A stretch of 64,000 nucleotides of DNA from Candidatus Omnitrophota bacterium (GCA_011620275.1 WOZK01000004.1:21931-85930); one strand, 5' to 3'; shown: positions 38,674-48,845, counted from the stretch's first letter. Program-made: numbers and translations. Notes: generated by a model not told the origin, from the sequence alone.

Positions 38674-39942
38674 TTACCGCCGCTTACTCCTGTTCAAAAC
38701 CCTTGCCGGCACTCCCGCCACCACTCCTCCGTCGGGAACGCTGCGTCCCCTGGTGACTACGGAACCGGCGCCGGTTTTCGCGCCCCTGCCTACGCGGACC
38801 GGAGCGATCAACACCGTATCCGAACCGATAAAGGCGTTATCCGCTATCACCGTATTGTGCTTATTGGCGCCGTCAAAATTGGCGGTTACCGTTCCGGCGC
38901 CGATATTGGCGCCGCGCCCGACGCGCGTATCGCCGAGATAGGAAAAATGCTTCACAAAGACGTTCTTTCCCACGTTGGCGCGCACCATTTCTATAAAATT
39001 CCCGGCGCAGACATTGTCCGCAAGGCGGGTCCCTTCACGCAAATGCGCAAACGGCCCTATCGAACAGTTTTTCCCGATTTTAACATCCCTTTCTATGACT
39101 GTAAAGGGATAAATAACGGTATCTTCGCCTATTTTGGTGCCGTGATTGATGAAAACCGTCTCCGGAGCCGTAAGGCTAACGCCCTGTTTCATATAGCTCT
39201 CGTTCAGGCGCGCCTGCATTATAACATTCGCGGCCGCCAGCTCGACGCGGGAATTGACTCCCATTCCCTCGCGATTATCCTTGACACGCATCCCGCCGAT
39301 CGCCTTACCCATCGAATACAGTATCCCTATGCAATCGGTGAGATAATATTCTTTCTTGCGGTTACGCGGCTTTACCTTCTTCAGGCTCGCGGCCAGGCAG
39401 TCCTTGTTGAAACAGACTACCCCGGTATTGATCTCCTTGATCTCTTTCTGGTAACCGTCGGCCTCCGCCGCTTCCACGATGCCGCTTATGGCGGAATACT
39501 CATCCCTGACGATCCTACCGTATTCGGCCGCGTCCTCCACCACCGCGGTCAGTACCGTGGCCGCTGCCCCGCTCCTGCGGTGTTCCGCGACCAGTTTCTT
39601 CAATGTGTCCGCTTTAAGCAGAGGCATATCACCGTAAAGCACGACGACGTCGCCGCTAAAGTCCTTAAGCAAACCAAGCGCCTGAGACACCGCGGAGGCC
39701 GTACCGTTTATCTTTTTTTGCACGGCGATACGGACATTGCCGGACAGACAAGCGGCGACCTGCTCGTGTTTATATCCCAAGACGGCCACGCACGGCCCGG
39801 TCTTGAATTCATTGGCCTGATCCAAAACATATCTCAGCATCGGCCTGCCGCACAAAGGATGCAGCACTTTCGGCAGGCTCGAACGCATGCGCGTACTCTT
39901 ACCGGCGGCAAGAATTATACAAGCTGTTTTCTGTGAGCTCAT
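38674..39942 (-). CDS. glmU: Bifunctional GlcNAc-1-phosphate uridyltransferase / glucosamine-1-phosphate acetyltransferase GlmU
   Basis: ACIILAAGKSTRMRSSLPKVLHPLCGRPML nucleotidyltransferase N-domain plus C-terminal hexapeptide repeats. 422 aa. Confidence 0.9.
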   Translation of the reverse strand: MSSQKTACIILAAGKSTRMRSSLPKVLHPLCGRPMLRYVLDQANEFKTGPCVAVLGYKHEQVAACLSGNVRIAVQKKINGTASAVSQALGLLKDFSGDVVVLYGDMPLLKADTLKKLVAEHRRSGAAATVLTAVVEDAAEYGRIVRDEYSAISGIVEAAEADGYQKEIKEINTGVVCFNKDCLAASLKKVKPRNRKKEYYLTDCIGILYSMGKAIGGMRVKDNREGMGVNSRVELAAANVIMQARLNESYMKQGVSLTAPETVFINHGTKIGEDTVIYPFTVIERDVKIGKNCSIGPFAHLREGTRLADNVCAGNFIEMVRANVGKNVFVKHFSYLGDTRVGRGANIGAGTVTANFDGANKHNTVIADNAFIGSDTVLIAPVRVGRGAKTGAGSVVTRGRSVPDGGVVAGVPARVLNRSKRR

Positions 39943-40230
39943 GCTTTATTTCGGATCCAAGTTAAAAACTTTTTACCGCTATCACGGGTTAAAGACGAAA
40001 AACCCAACTTCCGCCGGGATTCTTCATCGTCCGCCACTGAAACACTGGCGAGACTCCGTAAAATGACGGCGCGGGAAACTTTGTCGACAGACTGTTATTT
40101 CAAAATCCCTAAAGCTAAGCACCTTGAGATTCGGGAGTAAAGGTTTGACCGAATCGAAAGTTTTCTGTCTTCCCAACTCTCTATTTTCTACTTTCGATTG
40201 CTCTATACTTCCCGCCATAGGCGGGAAGTA

Positions 40231-40301
40231 TTGCCCGGTGAGGACTCGAACCTCAACGCTCAGACCCAAATTCTGATGTGCTACCATTACACTACCGGGC
40301 A
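40231..40301 (-). tRNA. tRNA-Gln (anticodon TTG)
   Basis: Manual fold gives acceptor TGCCCGG/CCGGGCA (U1:A72 as in Gln tRNAs), anticodon stem TCAGA/TCTGA with loop ATTTGGG, and T-arm GGTTCGAGTCC. A 9-bp hairpin (CTTCCCGCC-ATAG-GCGGGAAG) follows the 3' end. Confidence 0.75.
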
Positions 40302-40378
40302 GTAGGTTCGTTCCTCCGCAGTGATGCGTAAAAACGCGATTTCCCCGGGATAGGTATATTTAAAGGCGGCTTCGGGGT

Positions 40379-40801
40379 TTATTCGACGCTGAATTCCTGA
40401 TCCGCGCGCACTCCTGTGCCGTCCCGTCTCCTCTCCTGCTCATAGATATCCAATATCTTCTTCTGGAGATATTCCCTGAAGGATTGGGTAATGGGATGGG
40501 CTATATCTTTATGTTCCGACTGAGCCCCGCCGACCGCGTCGGTTTCCGCCGGAGCGGAGGTAAAAGGCAGCTGCGCTCCGCACTGGTTGCAATATTTACT
40601 GCGAATTTCATTCTTGAAGCCGCATTTCGGGCAGGCGAATTTAAGCTTACGCGACGGCATGGCGATAAAAACACCGTTATTGCCCTCTATAACCTTGATA
40701 TTCCTGACAACGAACGCGTTATCAAAAGTTACCGTGGCATAAGCCTTGAGCTTCTTGTCGGGCGAGTCTTTCAGGAACACTCTTACTTCGGTGATCTCCA
40801 T
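40379..40801 (-). CDS. spoVG: SpoVG-family protein with a C-terminal zinc-ribbon extension
   Basis: [53 protein letters not shown] SpoVG core. Then CPKCG...CNQCG and a ~45-aa tail. GGAGG SD 9 nt upstream of the ATG at 40801. Confidence 0.7.
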   Translation of the reverse strand: MEITEVRVFLKDSPDKKLKAYATVTFDNAFVVRNIKVIEGNNGVFIAMPSRKLKFACPKCGFKNEIRSKYCNQCGAQLPFTSAPAETDAVGGAQSEHKDIAHPITQSFREYLQKKILDIYEQERRRDGTGVRADQEFSVE

Positions 40802-41775
40802 CGGCCTACCTCCTTGTGCTGTTGCTTCCTGGGTAACGCAGTCCCTGCGGTCCAAACACGCCACCGGCGGTTCATTCCGCTAATCAGACGCGCCAAATTA
40901 GAAGCCTCACGATATGAAGATACCACGGCGAACACGCAAGAACCGCTGCCCGACATGGCATTAGCTTCTATCCCAAGGCGCGCAAAAGATTCTTTTACGC
41001 GCCTGACTTCCGGATATAAGTCAACAGCAACACTTTCCAGACCGTTGAATAACTCGCCATTATAGCCGGGAAAAACATACCGGCTATAACCTGAATTTAT
41101 TATTTTAACATTATTTGAAGATTTTGTCAATACGTCTTTCTTATTACGGAGAGAGCGCTTTCTGTCCCACTCCCGGTAAATCAAAGGAGTGGGCGCGCTT
41201 ACGGAAGGAAAGACCAGAACGTGATAAAAAAACAGTCTGTCCAGCCTGTGCAAGGGTTTGATCTTTTCTCCTCTGCCTGTCCCAAGTCCGAAAGAACATT
41301 CGTGAAGAAAAAAGGCCGTGTCCGAGCCGATGGAGGCCGCGAGCCCGTATAACTTGCTGAACGGTAACTTCAAACCGGCCAGACGGTTCAGTCCCAGTAT
41401 CACAGCCGCCGCGTTTCCCGAACCGCCGCCCAAACCCGCGCCGGGTGGAATGTTCTTGCGTATGCTGATATCCGCCCCGGCCTTATCCCGGACGCCGCAA
41501 AGCTTGAATAACTCATCAGCGGCCCGATAGGCCAGATTGCCTTCATCCTGCGGGACACCCGGATAACCGCAAGAAACCTTGATAACGCCGTCATCCCGAA
41601 GCTGGACGCTAATCTCGTCGCACAAATCTATGCGCTCGAAAAGAGTGCGGAGATCGTGATACCCATCCCTGCGCCTGCGCAGGATTTCCAGATAAAGATT
41701 TATCTTGGAGTATGAGGGAAAAACCGCCCGGATTCCCGAGGGTATCTTCCGTAAAAGCATGGGTTTGCGCCTCAA
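40783..41775 (-). CDS. ispE: 4-diphosphocytidyl-2-C-methyl-D-erythritol kinase IspE
   Basis: GHMP kinase motif [16 protein letters not shown] and N-terminal KINLYLEI. 330 aa including short terminal extensions. The 3' end overlaps the spoVG start. Confidence 0.85.
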   Translation of the reverse strand: MRRKPMLLRKIPSGIRAVFPSYSKINLYLEILRRRRDGYHDLRTLFERIDLCDEISVQLRDDGVIKVSCGYPGVPQDEGNLAYRAADELFKLCGVRDKAGADISIRKNIPPGAGLGGGSGNAAAVILGLNRLAGLKLPFSKLYGLAASIGSDTAFFLHECSFGLGTGRGEKIKPLHRLDRLFFYHVLVFPSVSAPTPLIYREWDRKRSLRNKKDVLTKSSNNVKIINSGYSRYVFPGYNGELFNGLESVAVDLYPEVRRVKESFARLGIEANAMSGSGSCVFAVVSSYREASNLARLISGMNRRWRVWTAGTALPRKQQHKEVGRWRSPK

Positions 41776-42707
41776 CCGCGGATGCTTTCCAAAGCCGCTC
41801 TTTCCACGTCTTCTGCGGTAAGTTTGTAGCTTTTGATCAGTTCATCCGGATCGCCGGACTGCCCGAACTTTTCCTTGATAGCGACAGTGGTCACCCTGCC
41901 GCAATAACCTTCTTCCTGCAAAGTCTCCGCGACCGCCGCGCATAACCCGCCGACTACCGAGTGTTCTTCACAGACCACCATGCCACGAACCGTCCCCGCC
42001 GCCTCTTTCACCGTTTCCGCGTCGAAAGGCCTCAAGGTATGCATATTGATCACGCGCGCCCGAACGCCTTTACCGGCCAGCTTTTCCGCGGCCTTCAAGG
42101 CGTTACCTACCATCATACCGCAGGCGATAATGGCGACATCGCCGCCTTCCCTAAGCACCTGCGCCTTGCCCAGACGAAAATCCCCCGTCCCCTCTATCGT
42201 CGGGACCTTAGCGCGCCCCAGGCGTATGTAAAAAGGCCCCGGGGTCTCCGCTGCCGCCAGCACCGCCGCTTTTGTCTGCGGACCGTCGCAAGGAACAACC
42301 ACATTTATTCCCGGTATCACGCGCACCAAAGCCAGGTCTTCCAGCGCCTGATGGCTCGCCCCGTCAGGCCCGACCGTCAATCCGGCGTGGGTGGCAACTA
42401 TCTTAACATTCAAATGATTGTAGCATATCCCGTTGCGCACCTGATCCCAGGCGCGGCCGGTGGCGAAGATGGCGAAAGTGGAAGCGAATACCGTTTTGCC
42501 GGACACCGCCAGCCCGGCGGCGACGCCCATCAGGTTCTGCTCCGCCACCCCCATATTGAAGAACCTCTCGGGGAACGCCTTGGCGAACAGCCCGGTCCTG
42601 GTGGAACTGGAAAGATCCGCGTCCAGCACTACTATGTCCGTGTTCTTACCGCCCAGTTCCACGAGAGTCTTGCCGTAAACATCCCTTTGATAGAATAATT
42701 CAACCAT
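41772..42707 (-). CDS. Transketolase, C-terminal subunit (split tkt)
   Basis: Pyrimidine-binding and C-terminal transketolase domains. 311 aa. Confidence 0.88.
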   Translation of the reverse strand: MVELFYQRDVYGKTLVELGGKNTDIVVLDADLSSSTRTGLFAKAFPERFFNMGVAEQNLMGVAAGLAVSGKTVFASTFAIFATGRAWDQVRNGICYNHLNVKIVATHAGLTVGPDGASHQALEDLALVRVIPGINVVVPCDGPQTKAAVLAAAETPGPFYIRLGRAKVPTIEGTGDFRLGKAQVLREGGDVAIIACGMMVGNALKAAEKLAGKGVRARVINMHTLRPFDAETVKEAAGTVRGMVVCEEHSVVGGLCAAVAETLQEEGYCGRVTTVAIKEKFGQSGDPDELIKSYKLTAEDVERAALESIRG

Positions 42708-42727
42708 AAAATTTTTCTCCGCGACGG

Positions 42728-43549
42728 CTACTCCAGTTCCTGCAACGCCTGTTCCGTCTCTTCTTTAGTGGGCGCGCGCCCGTGAAACTCCACATTATTT
42801 TCCATGAAAGAAACACCTTTCCCTTTTATGGTGTGGGCGATAATCACGCTCGGCCTTCCTTTTACTCCGGCGGCTTCTTTATAGGCGCCGAGAATCTCCG
42901 CCATGTCGTGCCCGTCTATTTCGATCGTGTGCCAGCCGAAAGCCTCCCATTTGGCCTTTATCGGCTCAAGGCCCATTATATCGGACGTCCTGCCGTCTAT
43001 CTGCAGCCCGTTATAATCGACTATACCGCAAAGATTATCGCACTTGTAATGAGCGGCGGACATCGCGGCTTCCCAAATATTGCCTTCCTGTATCTCGCCG
43101 TCTCCCATCAACACGTAAACCCTGCTTTGTCTACCGTCCAGCCGCGCCGCCAGAGACATCCCCACGCCCACGGAAAGCCCCTGCCCGAGAGACCCGGAGG
43201 ACATTTCTACTCCCGGAGCGCGCCTGTCCGGATGCCCCTGCAGTATGGAGCCAAATTTACGCAAAGTGAATAGTTCGCACTGCGGCATGTAACCGTCCGC
43301 CGCCAGCACCGAGAACCAGAGAGGACAGCAATGCCCTTTTGACATATGGAACTTGTCTCTATCAGGCCACGCGGGATCAGACGGGTTATGCCTCAGCACG
43401 GAAAAATAAAGAGCGGTAACCAGGTCCGCGGAAGAAAGACTTCCCCCGGGGTGGCCCGAGCCGGCGACGGAGATCATCTGGATTATACTTCTTCTGATCT
43501 GCCTTGCTTTTTCTTGAAGTTGCCGTATATCTAAAGTTTCATTTTCCAT
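42728..43549 (-). CDS. Transketolase, N-terminal TPP-binding subunit (split tkt)
   Basis: GSGHPGGSLS and the TPP-binding motif. 273 aa. Confidence 0.88.
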   Translation of the reverse strand: MENETLDIRQLQEKARQIRRSIIQMISVAGSGHPGGSLSSADLVTALYFSVLRHNPSDPAWPDRDKFHMSKGHCCPLWFSVLAADGYMPQCELFTLRKFGSILQGHPDRRAPGVEMSSGSLGQGLSVGVGMSLAARLDGRQSRVYVLMGDGEIQEGNIWEAAMSAAHYKCDNLCGIVDYNGLQIDGRTSDIMGLEPIKAKWEAFGWHTIEIDGHDMAEILGAYKEAAGVKGRPSVIIAHTIKGKGVSFMENNVEFHGRAPTKEETEQALQELE

Positions 43550-44567
43550 TTTTGACCGGTTCTCCGTTCTTCTCCGTCTGCCCGGACAGTTTTTTTAGTT
43601 TCGCTCTCACCTCTTCCTGTTCAGGGTCGAGCCGCAGAGATTCCCGCCATTCCTGCGCGGCTTTATCTTTATCTCCAGTCTTAAGATAGAAATCACCAAG
43701 ATGGTCAAGTATCACCGGATCATTCAACAGCGAAGCGGCTTTTCTCAATTCCCTACCCGCCTCCTTTATCATTCCCTTCTTGAAATAAAGCCAGCCCAGG
43801 CTGTCGGCATAAGCGCCGTTGTCCGGCGCCAAGGAAACGGCCTTTTTTATCATCGTCTCCGCTTCCCTGAGGTTGCGATCTTCCTCAAGATACATGTACC
43901 CGAGATAATTAAGGGCCTGGTGGCAATCCCCGTTTAAAGCTATCGTCTTGACCAGTTCGGCCTCGGCGCCTTTCTTATCTCCCAGGCGGTAACGTATATC
44001 CCCGAGATAAAAATGCGCCTCCCAGGAAGAAGGAGACAGATTTACTATCCGGCGGAACACCTGCTCGGCCTGTTCCAGCTTACCGCGGTAAAGATATAGC
44101 CGCCCCAGGCTGCCGGATATTCTGGCGTCGTCCGGTTTGGTCTCCGCCGCCGCACGCAGGGCACTTTCGTATTCCTGTATGGCTTTATCGGGCTCTTCCA
44201 GTAGATAATAAACCAGCGACAACAAAGCGTGGGGTTCCGCCATCTCCGGGCGCAACTTTGCCGCCGACTGCAGTTCCACGACGGCGCCGGGATAATCCTC
44301 CTCGCCCATGTAACAAACGGCGAGTTTCATGCGGATGTAAACGTTTTGCGGGTCGGCCTTGAGCGCCTTTTTGAATTCCCGTATGGAATCTTTCTGTTCG
44401 CCGCGGCGGTTGTAAATCAATCCGGTTATATAATGGCTCAACGCGGAGGCTTTCGCGCTTTCCGCCGCCCGGCAGGCACCGGCACAGATAAGGACAAAGA
44501 ACAACAATGCGGGTATTGAACCCCGGGAGATAAAACTCTTTATGCTGAAAGGTTTCGGAAGGGCCAT
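43539..44567 (-). CDS. TPR-repeat lipoprotein
   Basis: Multiple TPR units (AxxYxxLGxxYxxxGxxxxA pattern). The probable start is MALPKPF... with the lipobox ICAGAC. The ORF-track start at 44642 runs into a REP doublet. Confidence 0.6.
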   Translation of the reverse strand: MALPKPFSIKSFISRGSIPALLFFVLICAGACRAAESAKASALSHYITGLIYNRRGEQKDSIREFKKALKADPQNVYIRMKLAVCYMGEEDYPGAVVELQSAAKLRPEMAEPHALLSLVYYLLEEPDKAIQEYESALRAAAETKPDDARISGSLGRLYLYRGKLEQAEQVFRRIVNLSPSSWEAHFYLGDIRYRLGDKKGAEAELVKTIALNGDCHQALNYLGYMYLEEDRNLREAETMIKKAVSLAPDNGAYADSLGWLYFKKGMIKEAGRELRKAASLLNDPVILDHLGDFYLKTGDKDKAAQEWRESLRLDPEQEEVRAKLKKLSGQTEKNGEPVKNGK

Positions 44568-44598
44568 TTTTATCCCGGAACTCACGCGTGACGGCGTA

Positions 44599-44664
44599 AA
44601 TCCGGGGACACTATACTTAATTATTCCCAAAACCACAGACATTTAAGTATTGTGTCCCCGGAAT
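44599..44664. repeat. REPIN-like inverted doublet of the 23-bp element (forward 44599..44621, 19-bp spacer, inverted 44641..44664)
   Basis: aatccggggacactatacttaat...atttaagtattgtgtccccggaat, which can form a ~23-bp stem hairpin. Confidence 0.85.
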
Positions 44665-44679
44665 CCTATTAACAACCTA

Positions 44680-44781
44680 CTAATTCCAGTCTCTCTTCTT
44701 CACGTGACGCAGACGGCGACGCATTTTCTTGCGCTTATGCGTCCGTATCTTAATTCTCTTTCTTTTCTTACCGCAAGGCAT
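44680..44781 (-). CDS. Unannotated 33-aa highly basic peptide, MPCGKKRKRIKIRTHKRKKMRRRLRHVKKRDWN. Candidate bS22-like small ribosomal protein.
   Basis: ATG at 44781 with a GGAGGAG SD 5 nt upstream. The composition and pattern resemble the bS22 family (KKRRKRMSKKKHRKLL...). It is absent from the ORF track because it is under 60 aa. Confidence 0.4.
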   Translation of the reverse strand: MPCGKKRKRIKIRTHKRKKMRRRLRHVKKRDWN

Positions 44782-44794
44782 TTGACTCCTCCGC

Positions 44795-45694
44795 TTAATA
44801 TATTACTTTATTCAAAGGATACTCGATTATCCCTTCAGCGCCGGCTTTTTTCAAACCGGGTATCAACATACGCACAACCTTCTCGTCGATAATAGTCTCC
44901 ACGGCGCACCACTCTTCCTGCGCCAGACCGGAGATGGTCGGCCTCTTGAGAGCCGGAAGGAGCGAGATGACTTTATTCAAGTCCTTCCTGCGGACGTTCA
45001 TCTTCAAACCTACCTTCTCCTCCGCGTTTATCGCGCCCTTCAAAAGCATCGCTATCTGCTGCATTTTATCGTTCTTCCAGGAATCCTTGAAGGCTTTCTT
45101 ATTGGCTATGAACTGGGTGGTCGACTCGCAGATAGTAGCGATTATCTTCAGCTTATTGGCCTTAAGGCTTCTGCCGGTCTCGGTCAAATCCACGATCGCA
45201 TCCACCAACCCGGAATTCACCTTCACCTCGGTGGCGCCCCAGCTGAATTCCACCTCGGCGTTCACTTTTTGCTTCTTGAGATATTTTCTGGTGGCGTTGG
45301 CCAACTCGGTGGCGATACGTTTATTGTTCAACTGCTTTACAGAATCGATCCCCGAGCATTCCGGTACCGCCAGCACCCAACGCACTTTGCTCATGCTCTG
45401 TTTGGCGTAAGCCAGGTCAGTGATCCTGACGACATCGGACCCGTTCTCGATTATCCAATCCTCGCCGGTTATGCCGCAGTCAAGCACGCCTTCCTGGACG
45501 TAACGCGACATCTCCTGGGCCCTGAGCAGTATTGCTTCTATCTCCGGATCGCCTGTAGAGGGAAAATAAGAACGCTCTGAAGGCAGCGAGACATTGAAGC
45601 CTGCTTTCCGGAACATTTTGAAAGTCGCTTCCTGAAGGCTACCTTTTGGTAAACCGAGCTTTAAAACCTTCTTCTGTTTTTTATTCACAACCAT
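44795..45694 (-). CDS. hisG: ATP phosphoribosyltransferase HisG (long form)
   Basis: [14 protein letters not shown]-terminus. The probable start is MVVNKKQ at 45694, with a GGAGG SD 5 nt upstream. 299 aa. Confidence 0.85.
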   Translation of the reverse strand: MVVNKKQKKVLKLGLPKGSLQEATFKMFRKAGFNVSLPSERSYFPSTGDPEIEAILLRAQEMSRYVQEGVLDCGITGEDWIIENGSDVVRITDLAYAKQSMSKVRWVLAVPECSGIDSVKQLNNKRIATELANATRKYLKKQKVNAEVEFSWGATEVKVNSGLVDAIVDLTETGRSLKANKLKIIATICESTTQFIANKKAFKDSWKNDKMQQIAMLLKGAINAEEKVGLKMNVRRKDLNKVISLLPALKRPTISGLAQEEWCAVETIIDEKVVRMLIPGLKKAGAEGIIEYPLNKVIY

Positions 45695-46253
45695 ACTACC
45701 TCCGATAAATGCGGTCATTCTTTCCGGATTCCCCTGAAGCCCCCAGGCAAACGCCGGACAGCCGGAAACAACGAAAAGAAACACCTTTATTGTAGAAAGA
45801 AATGAAGCTCCCCAGGCTTCAGACTGTGGTAATCCTTAGACAAACTAAAAATAAGTTTGCGTTACATACCGGCCACAACAATAACCACGGGAAAAACGCA
45901 AAAAAAATACCCCCTTATGCTCCCTTTTGGGGAGCACTTCAGGAATGGTTTCTTAATTATACAGATGGAAAAACCTTTTGTAAAGCAACTAATTGATTAA
46001 AAACAAAAACGGCCCCGTGCCTCAGGTCGTCCTTGTGAGGAGCAAAATGGCAAAGCAACCCTTCCCAGCCGGATTGCTCCGCAAAAAACGCCTGTAATGA
46101 CCATATATCCTATAAAGTATTGCTCGGGAGGACAATATCCCGAAGCATTCTCTTGCTCCCGCCTTTGCTTTTATTTTTACTTCCCGACATTTCAAATATT
46201 AATTATTGTCTCTCCGGTTTGAAAATAGTATAATTGGATAAAAGGATAGCAAT

Positions 46254-46493
46254 ATGGCGATAATTATACGCAATATCTTCACGCTCACGTTCATAGTCTG
46301 TTGTTTCTATTATCTTTATATCTTCCTTTTTCGCAAAATAAACGACTTCTCCGCCTTCTCCAGCGGAGAGGACATCTGGAACCACCCCGAAGCCTATTTC
46401 GATCCTGAAGTTTGCAAATACATACATGTCCCGGCCTATATAGCGGTATTCAGTTGGTGCGCGGCTGCGCTCATCCATCTCATCACCGCTTAA
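46254..46493 (+). CDS. Possible small hydrophobic membrane protein (79 aa). Alternative: the antisense 100-aa ORF at 46203..46505.
   Basis: C/T-rich third codon positions like neighbouring genes. AAGGA 8 nt upstream of the ATG. Same strand as, and just upstream of, the ppiD-like gene. No homology is recognised for either reading. Confidence 0.25.
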   Translation: MAIIIRNIFTLTFIVCCFYYLYIFLFRKINDFSAFSSGEDIWNHPEAYFDPEVCKYIHVPAYIAVFSWCAAALIHLITA

Positions 46494-46529
46494 GTAACCC
46501 GGCACAATCCCCCGGCGGAGGTTAATATC

Positions 46530-47948
46530 ATGTGGAGCAAAAGAACAAAAAAGACCATCTGGATCATACTTTTGATAGCCATTTTACCGGGTTTCGTTCT
46601 CTGGGGATTTTTCGATTCCATAAAAAAATCCCCCGGCCAAAGCCACTACGCCGGCAGGATATACGGCAGGAAGATTACCAGCCGGGAATACCAGTCCGCT
46701 CTCCAGGCGGTTAATACGGCTGCCGCTATGCGTCTCGGAGATAAACTCCAGCAAATGCAACAGTATCTCAACCTCGAAGGGCAAGCATGGCAACGGCTGC
46801 TTATGCTCGAAGAAGCCTCCCGCCGCAGGATAAGAATCCCGGACAAGGAAGTGGTGAGAACGATTCGAAGTTATTCTTTTCTGCAGAATAAAAAAGGCGA
46901 ATTCGACGAAAAGCAATACCGGCAGGTTCTGCGCTACGTATTCCACGTCCCCGCCAGAGCTTTCGAAGAGCAGGTGCGCGGAGACATAGCCATAGAGAAG
47001 CTATTCCAAGAGGTGACCGCCGGAATCAAAGTCGACGACACCGAAATAAAAGAAGCCTACAACAAGGCCAACGAAGAAATAAGCGTCAAATACATAGCTG
47101 CTCTGCCCGCGGACATAGCCGCCGATTTTTCCGTGCCGGATGAAGAAATAAAAGCCTATTTCACCGCCAACAACCTGCTTTTCAAGAAACCGCTCAGCTA
47201 CAACCTGGAATATGTTATGCTCGGGACGGACGTGCCGGAGAATAAAATACAAGACACCCTGCAGCGTTTCATCAAAGCCGCCGATTTCAGGGATGAGGCC
47301 AAGAATATGGAACTGGAGGCCAAAGAAACCGGACTCTTCGCAGAGAACGGTCCTATCCCGGGCATAGGCTGGTCGCAGGAATTGATGGAACGCCTCGCCA
47401 ACTCCTCCGCCGGTAAATTCCTGCCGCCGGTCAAAACCTCTACCGGGGTCTTCTTGCTCAAAATCAAAGAAAAAAAAGAACCGTATATCCCTCTGCTTGA
47501 GGAGATCAAAGACGAAGTGAAGAAAAAAATGGTGTCGCAGAAGTCCGCCCAGGAAGCGAAAAAAAGGATAGAGGAATGCCTCTCAAAGATCAAAGCCGCG
47601 ACGACAGCCAAAGAATCCGTGTCGCTTGAACAGTTGGCTAAATCCCTGTCGCTTAAATCAGGCAAAACCGGGGATTTTAGATTCGGCAGTTATATCGAAG
47701 GTATCGGGGCTTCCGACGCCTTTTACACGGAAGCGAAAAAACTCTCCCCCGGACAATACAGCGGCGTGATAAAAGCCGCCTCCGGTTTTTATATCATCAC
47801 CCCGGATTCTTTCAAGCCGGTGGACGAGAATAAATTCGCCCAGGAGAAAAAAGACTTCGCCCGCAGCCTGCTTTTCAAGAAGCAGAACGAAGCCTTCGAC
47901 CAATTCATGCGGGAAGTAGAGAAGAAATCCGCGGCGAAAAAGTTCTAG
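46530..47948 (+). CDS. Membrane-anchored peptidyl-prolyl cis-trans isomerase and chaperone, PpiD/SurA family
   Basis: N-terminal TM anchor (IWIILLIAILPGFVLWGF), a SurA-N-like chaperone region and a C-terminal parvulin-type region (GVIKAASGFYIITPDSF). 472 aa. Confidence 0.75.
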   Translation: MWSKRTKKTIWIILLIAILPGFVLWGFFDSIKKSPGQSHYAGRIYGRKITSREYQSALQAVNTAAAMRLGDKLQQMQQYLNLEGQAWQRLLMLEEASRRRIRIPDKEVVRTIRSYSFLQNKKGEFDEKQYRQVLRYVFHVPARAFEEQVRGDIAIEKLFQEVTAGIKVDDTEIKEAYNKANEEISVKYIAALPADIAADFSVPDEEIKAYFTANNLLFKKPLSYNLEYVMLGTDVPENKIQDTLQRFIKAADFRDEAKNMELEAKETGLFAENGPIPGIGWSQELMERLANSSAGKFLPPVKTSTGVFLLKIKEKKEPYIPLLEEIKDEVKKKMVSQKSAQEAKKRIEECLSKIKAATTAKESVSLEQLAKSLSLKSGKTGDFRFGSYIEGIGASDAFYTEAKKLSPGQYSGVIKAASGFYIITPDSFKPVDENKFAQEKKDFARSLLFKKQNEAFDQFMREVEKKSAAKKF

Positions 47949-47962
47949 AAACCGCCCGCATT

Positions 47963-47994
47963 AAAAAAGCCCCGCGTTCACACGCGGGGCTTTT
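47963..47994. terminator. Bidirectional rho-independent terminator (AAAAAA-GCCCCGCGT-TCAC-ACGCGGGGC-TTTT)
   Basis: Perfect 9-bp GC stem with a U-run on both strands. It sits between the convergent ppiD-like (+) and ferredoxin (-) genes. Confidence 0.8.
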
Positions 47995-48015
47995 CATTGT
48001 TTCTCGGCGCTCGTA

Positions 48016-48198
48016 TTACTCCACTTTAATAGCGCTGACCGGGCACTGCTCGGCAATCTCGCTTATATTATGCGTATTGCAAACGTCCGCCTTGCTATGC
48101 GCGACACCGTCAGCCTGAACCTCGAATACCTCCGGGCACAACTGCTCGCACAATCCGCAGCCCACGCATACGGAAGCGTCAATAGTCACCTTCGCCAT
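48016..48198 (-). CDS. 4Fe-4S ferredoxin (single-cluster type)
   Basis: CVGCGLCEQLCP...CP motif, 60 aa. GGAGGA SD upstream of the ATG. Confidence 0.8.
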   Translation of the reverse strand: MAKVTIDASVCVGCGLCEQLCPEVFEVQADGVAHSKADVCNTHNISEIAEQCPVSAIKVE

Positions 48199-48349
48199 TT
48201 TTCATTCCTCCTGAATGGAACCTTGGAACTAAAGCCCAAAGCCCCTGTTTTTCCCGGCGAAGCTCCGGCTTCGCCGATACACAGCCCATATTAAGCTGTA
48301 TGCTCCTACAGTAACCTCCCCGAAGCGGGGCCATTCCGCGGAACTTTTT

Positions 48350-48829
48350 TTAACGCTCCATAAGATTCTCAAACATCTCTTCGTGTTCGATTTCCTCGGC
48401 GAGTATATGCATAACCAACTGATAGGTCACGTGGTCCTTACCGAACGTCTTCTTGGCGATCTTGTTGTAAACATCTATCGCGGAAGCCTCTGCCTCGGTA
48501 ACGATGCGGATTATGCGGTTGATATCCGCTCCGTTCTTAGGAGGCATTATGTAAGGCGTGTTGGCATTTTTCTCAAGTTCCATCGGGTTGGCTATCGGGA
48601 CACCGCCCAGTTTCGTGATCAGGTCGGCCAGTTCTTCAGTGTGTTCCTTCTCATCCGCGGCGATTTTCTTCAACAACTCTTTCATATCCTCGTAGGCCTT
48701 GCCGCAGACTATCTGGGCCATATACCAATAAAGATAATGCGCCAGCCATTCGTCGGCGTAAGCTTTTGTCAGGTCTTTGACGATATCCTTTAGTGGAATT
48801 TCCGCTATCGCCCTTGCCTGCTTTCCCAT
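48350..48829 (-). CDS. Ferritin-like diiron protein (rubrerythrin/Dps/bacterioferritin superfamily)
   Basis: ExxH-type ligand motifs (ADEKEHTEEL, LAEEIEHEEM). 159 aa. Subfamily not assigned. Confidence 0.55.
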   Translation of the reverse strand: MGKQARAIAEIPLKDIVKDLTKAYADEWLAHYLYWYMAQIVCGKAYEDMKELLKKIAADEKEHTEELADLITKLGGVPIANPMELEKNANTPYIMPPKNGADINRIIRIVTEAEASAIDVYNKIAKKTFGKDHVTYQLVMHILAEEIEHEEMFENLMER

Positions 48830-48845
48830 AACCTACCCCCTTCCG

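Noticed and set aside
41772-43549. The split transketolase as a novelty.
   Set aside because: Two-subunit transketolases are common in anaerobes and archaea. Both halves are intact and adjacent.
45695-46250. A histidine leader peptide, attenuator or T-box upstream of hisG, and a possible ncRNA in the 470-bp hisG/ppiD divergent region.
   Set aside because: There is no His-codon-rich micro-ORF and no T-box consensus. There are only a few isolated hairpins (such as GCTCCC-TTTTG-GGGAGC) without an adjacent U-tract. The evidence is insufficient.
46203-46505. The minus-strand 100-aa ORF overlapping the plus-strand 79-aa ORF.
   Set aside because: The two ORFs share codon register, so composition cannot separate them. 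Neither has recognisable homology. I favour the plus-strand reading slightly, because it has a proper SD and is co-oriented with ppiD. Both remain low confidence.
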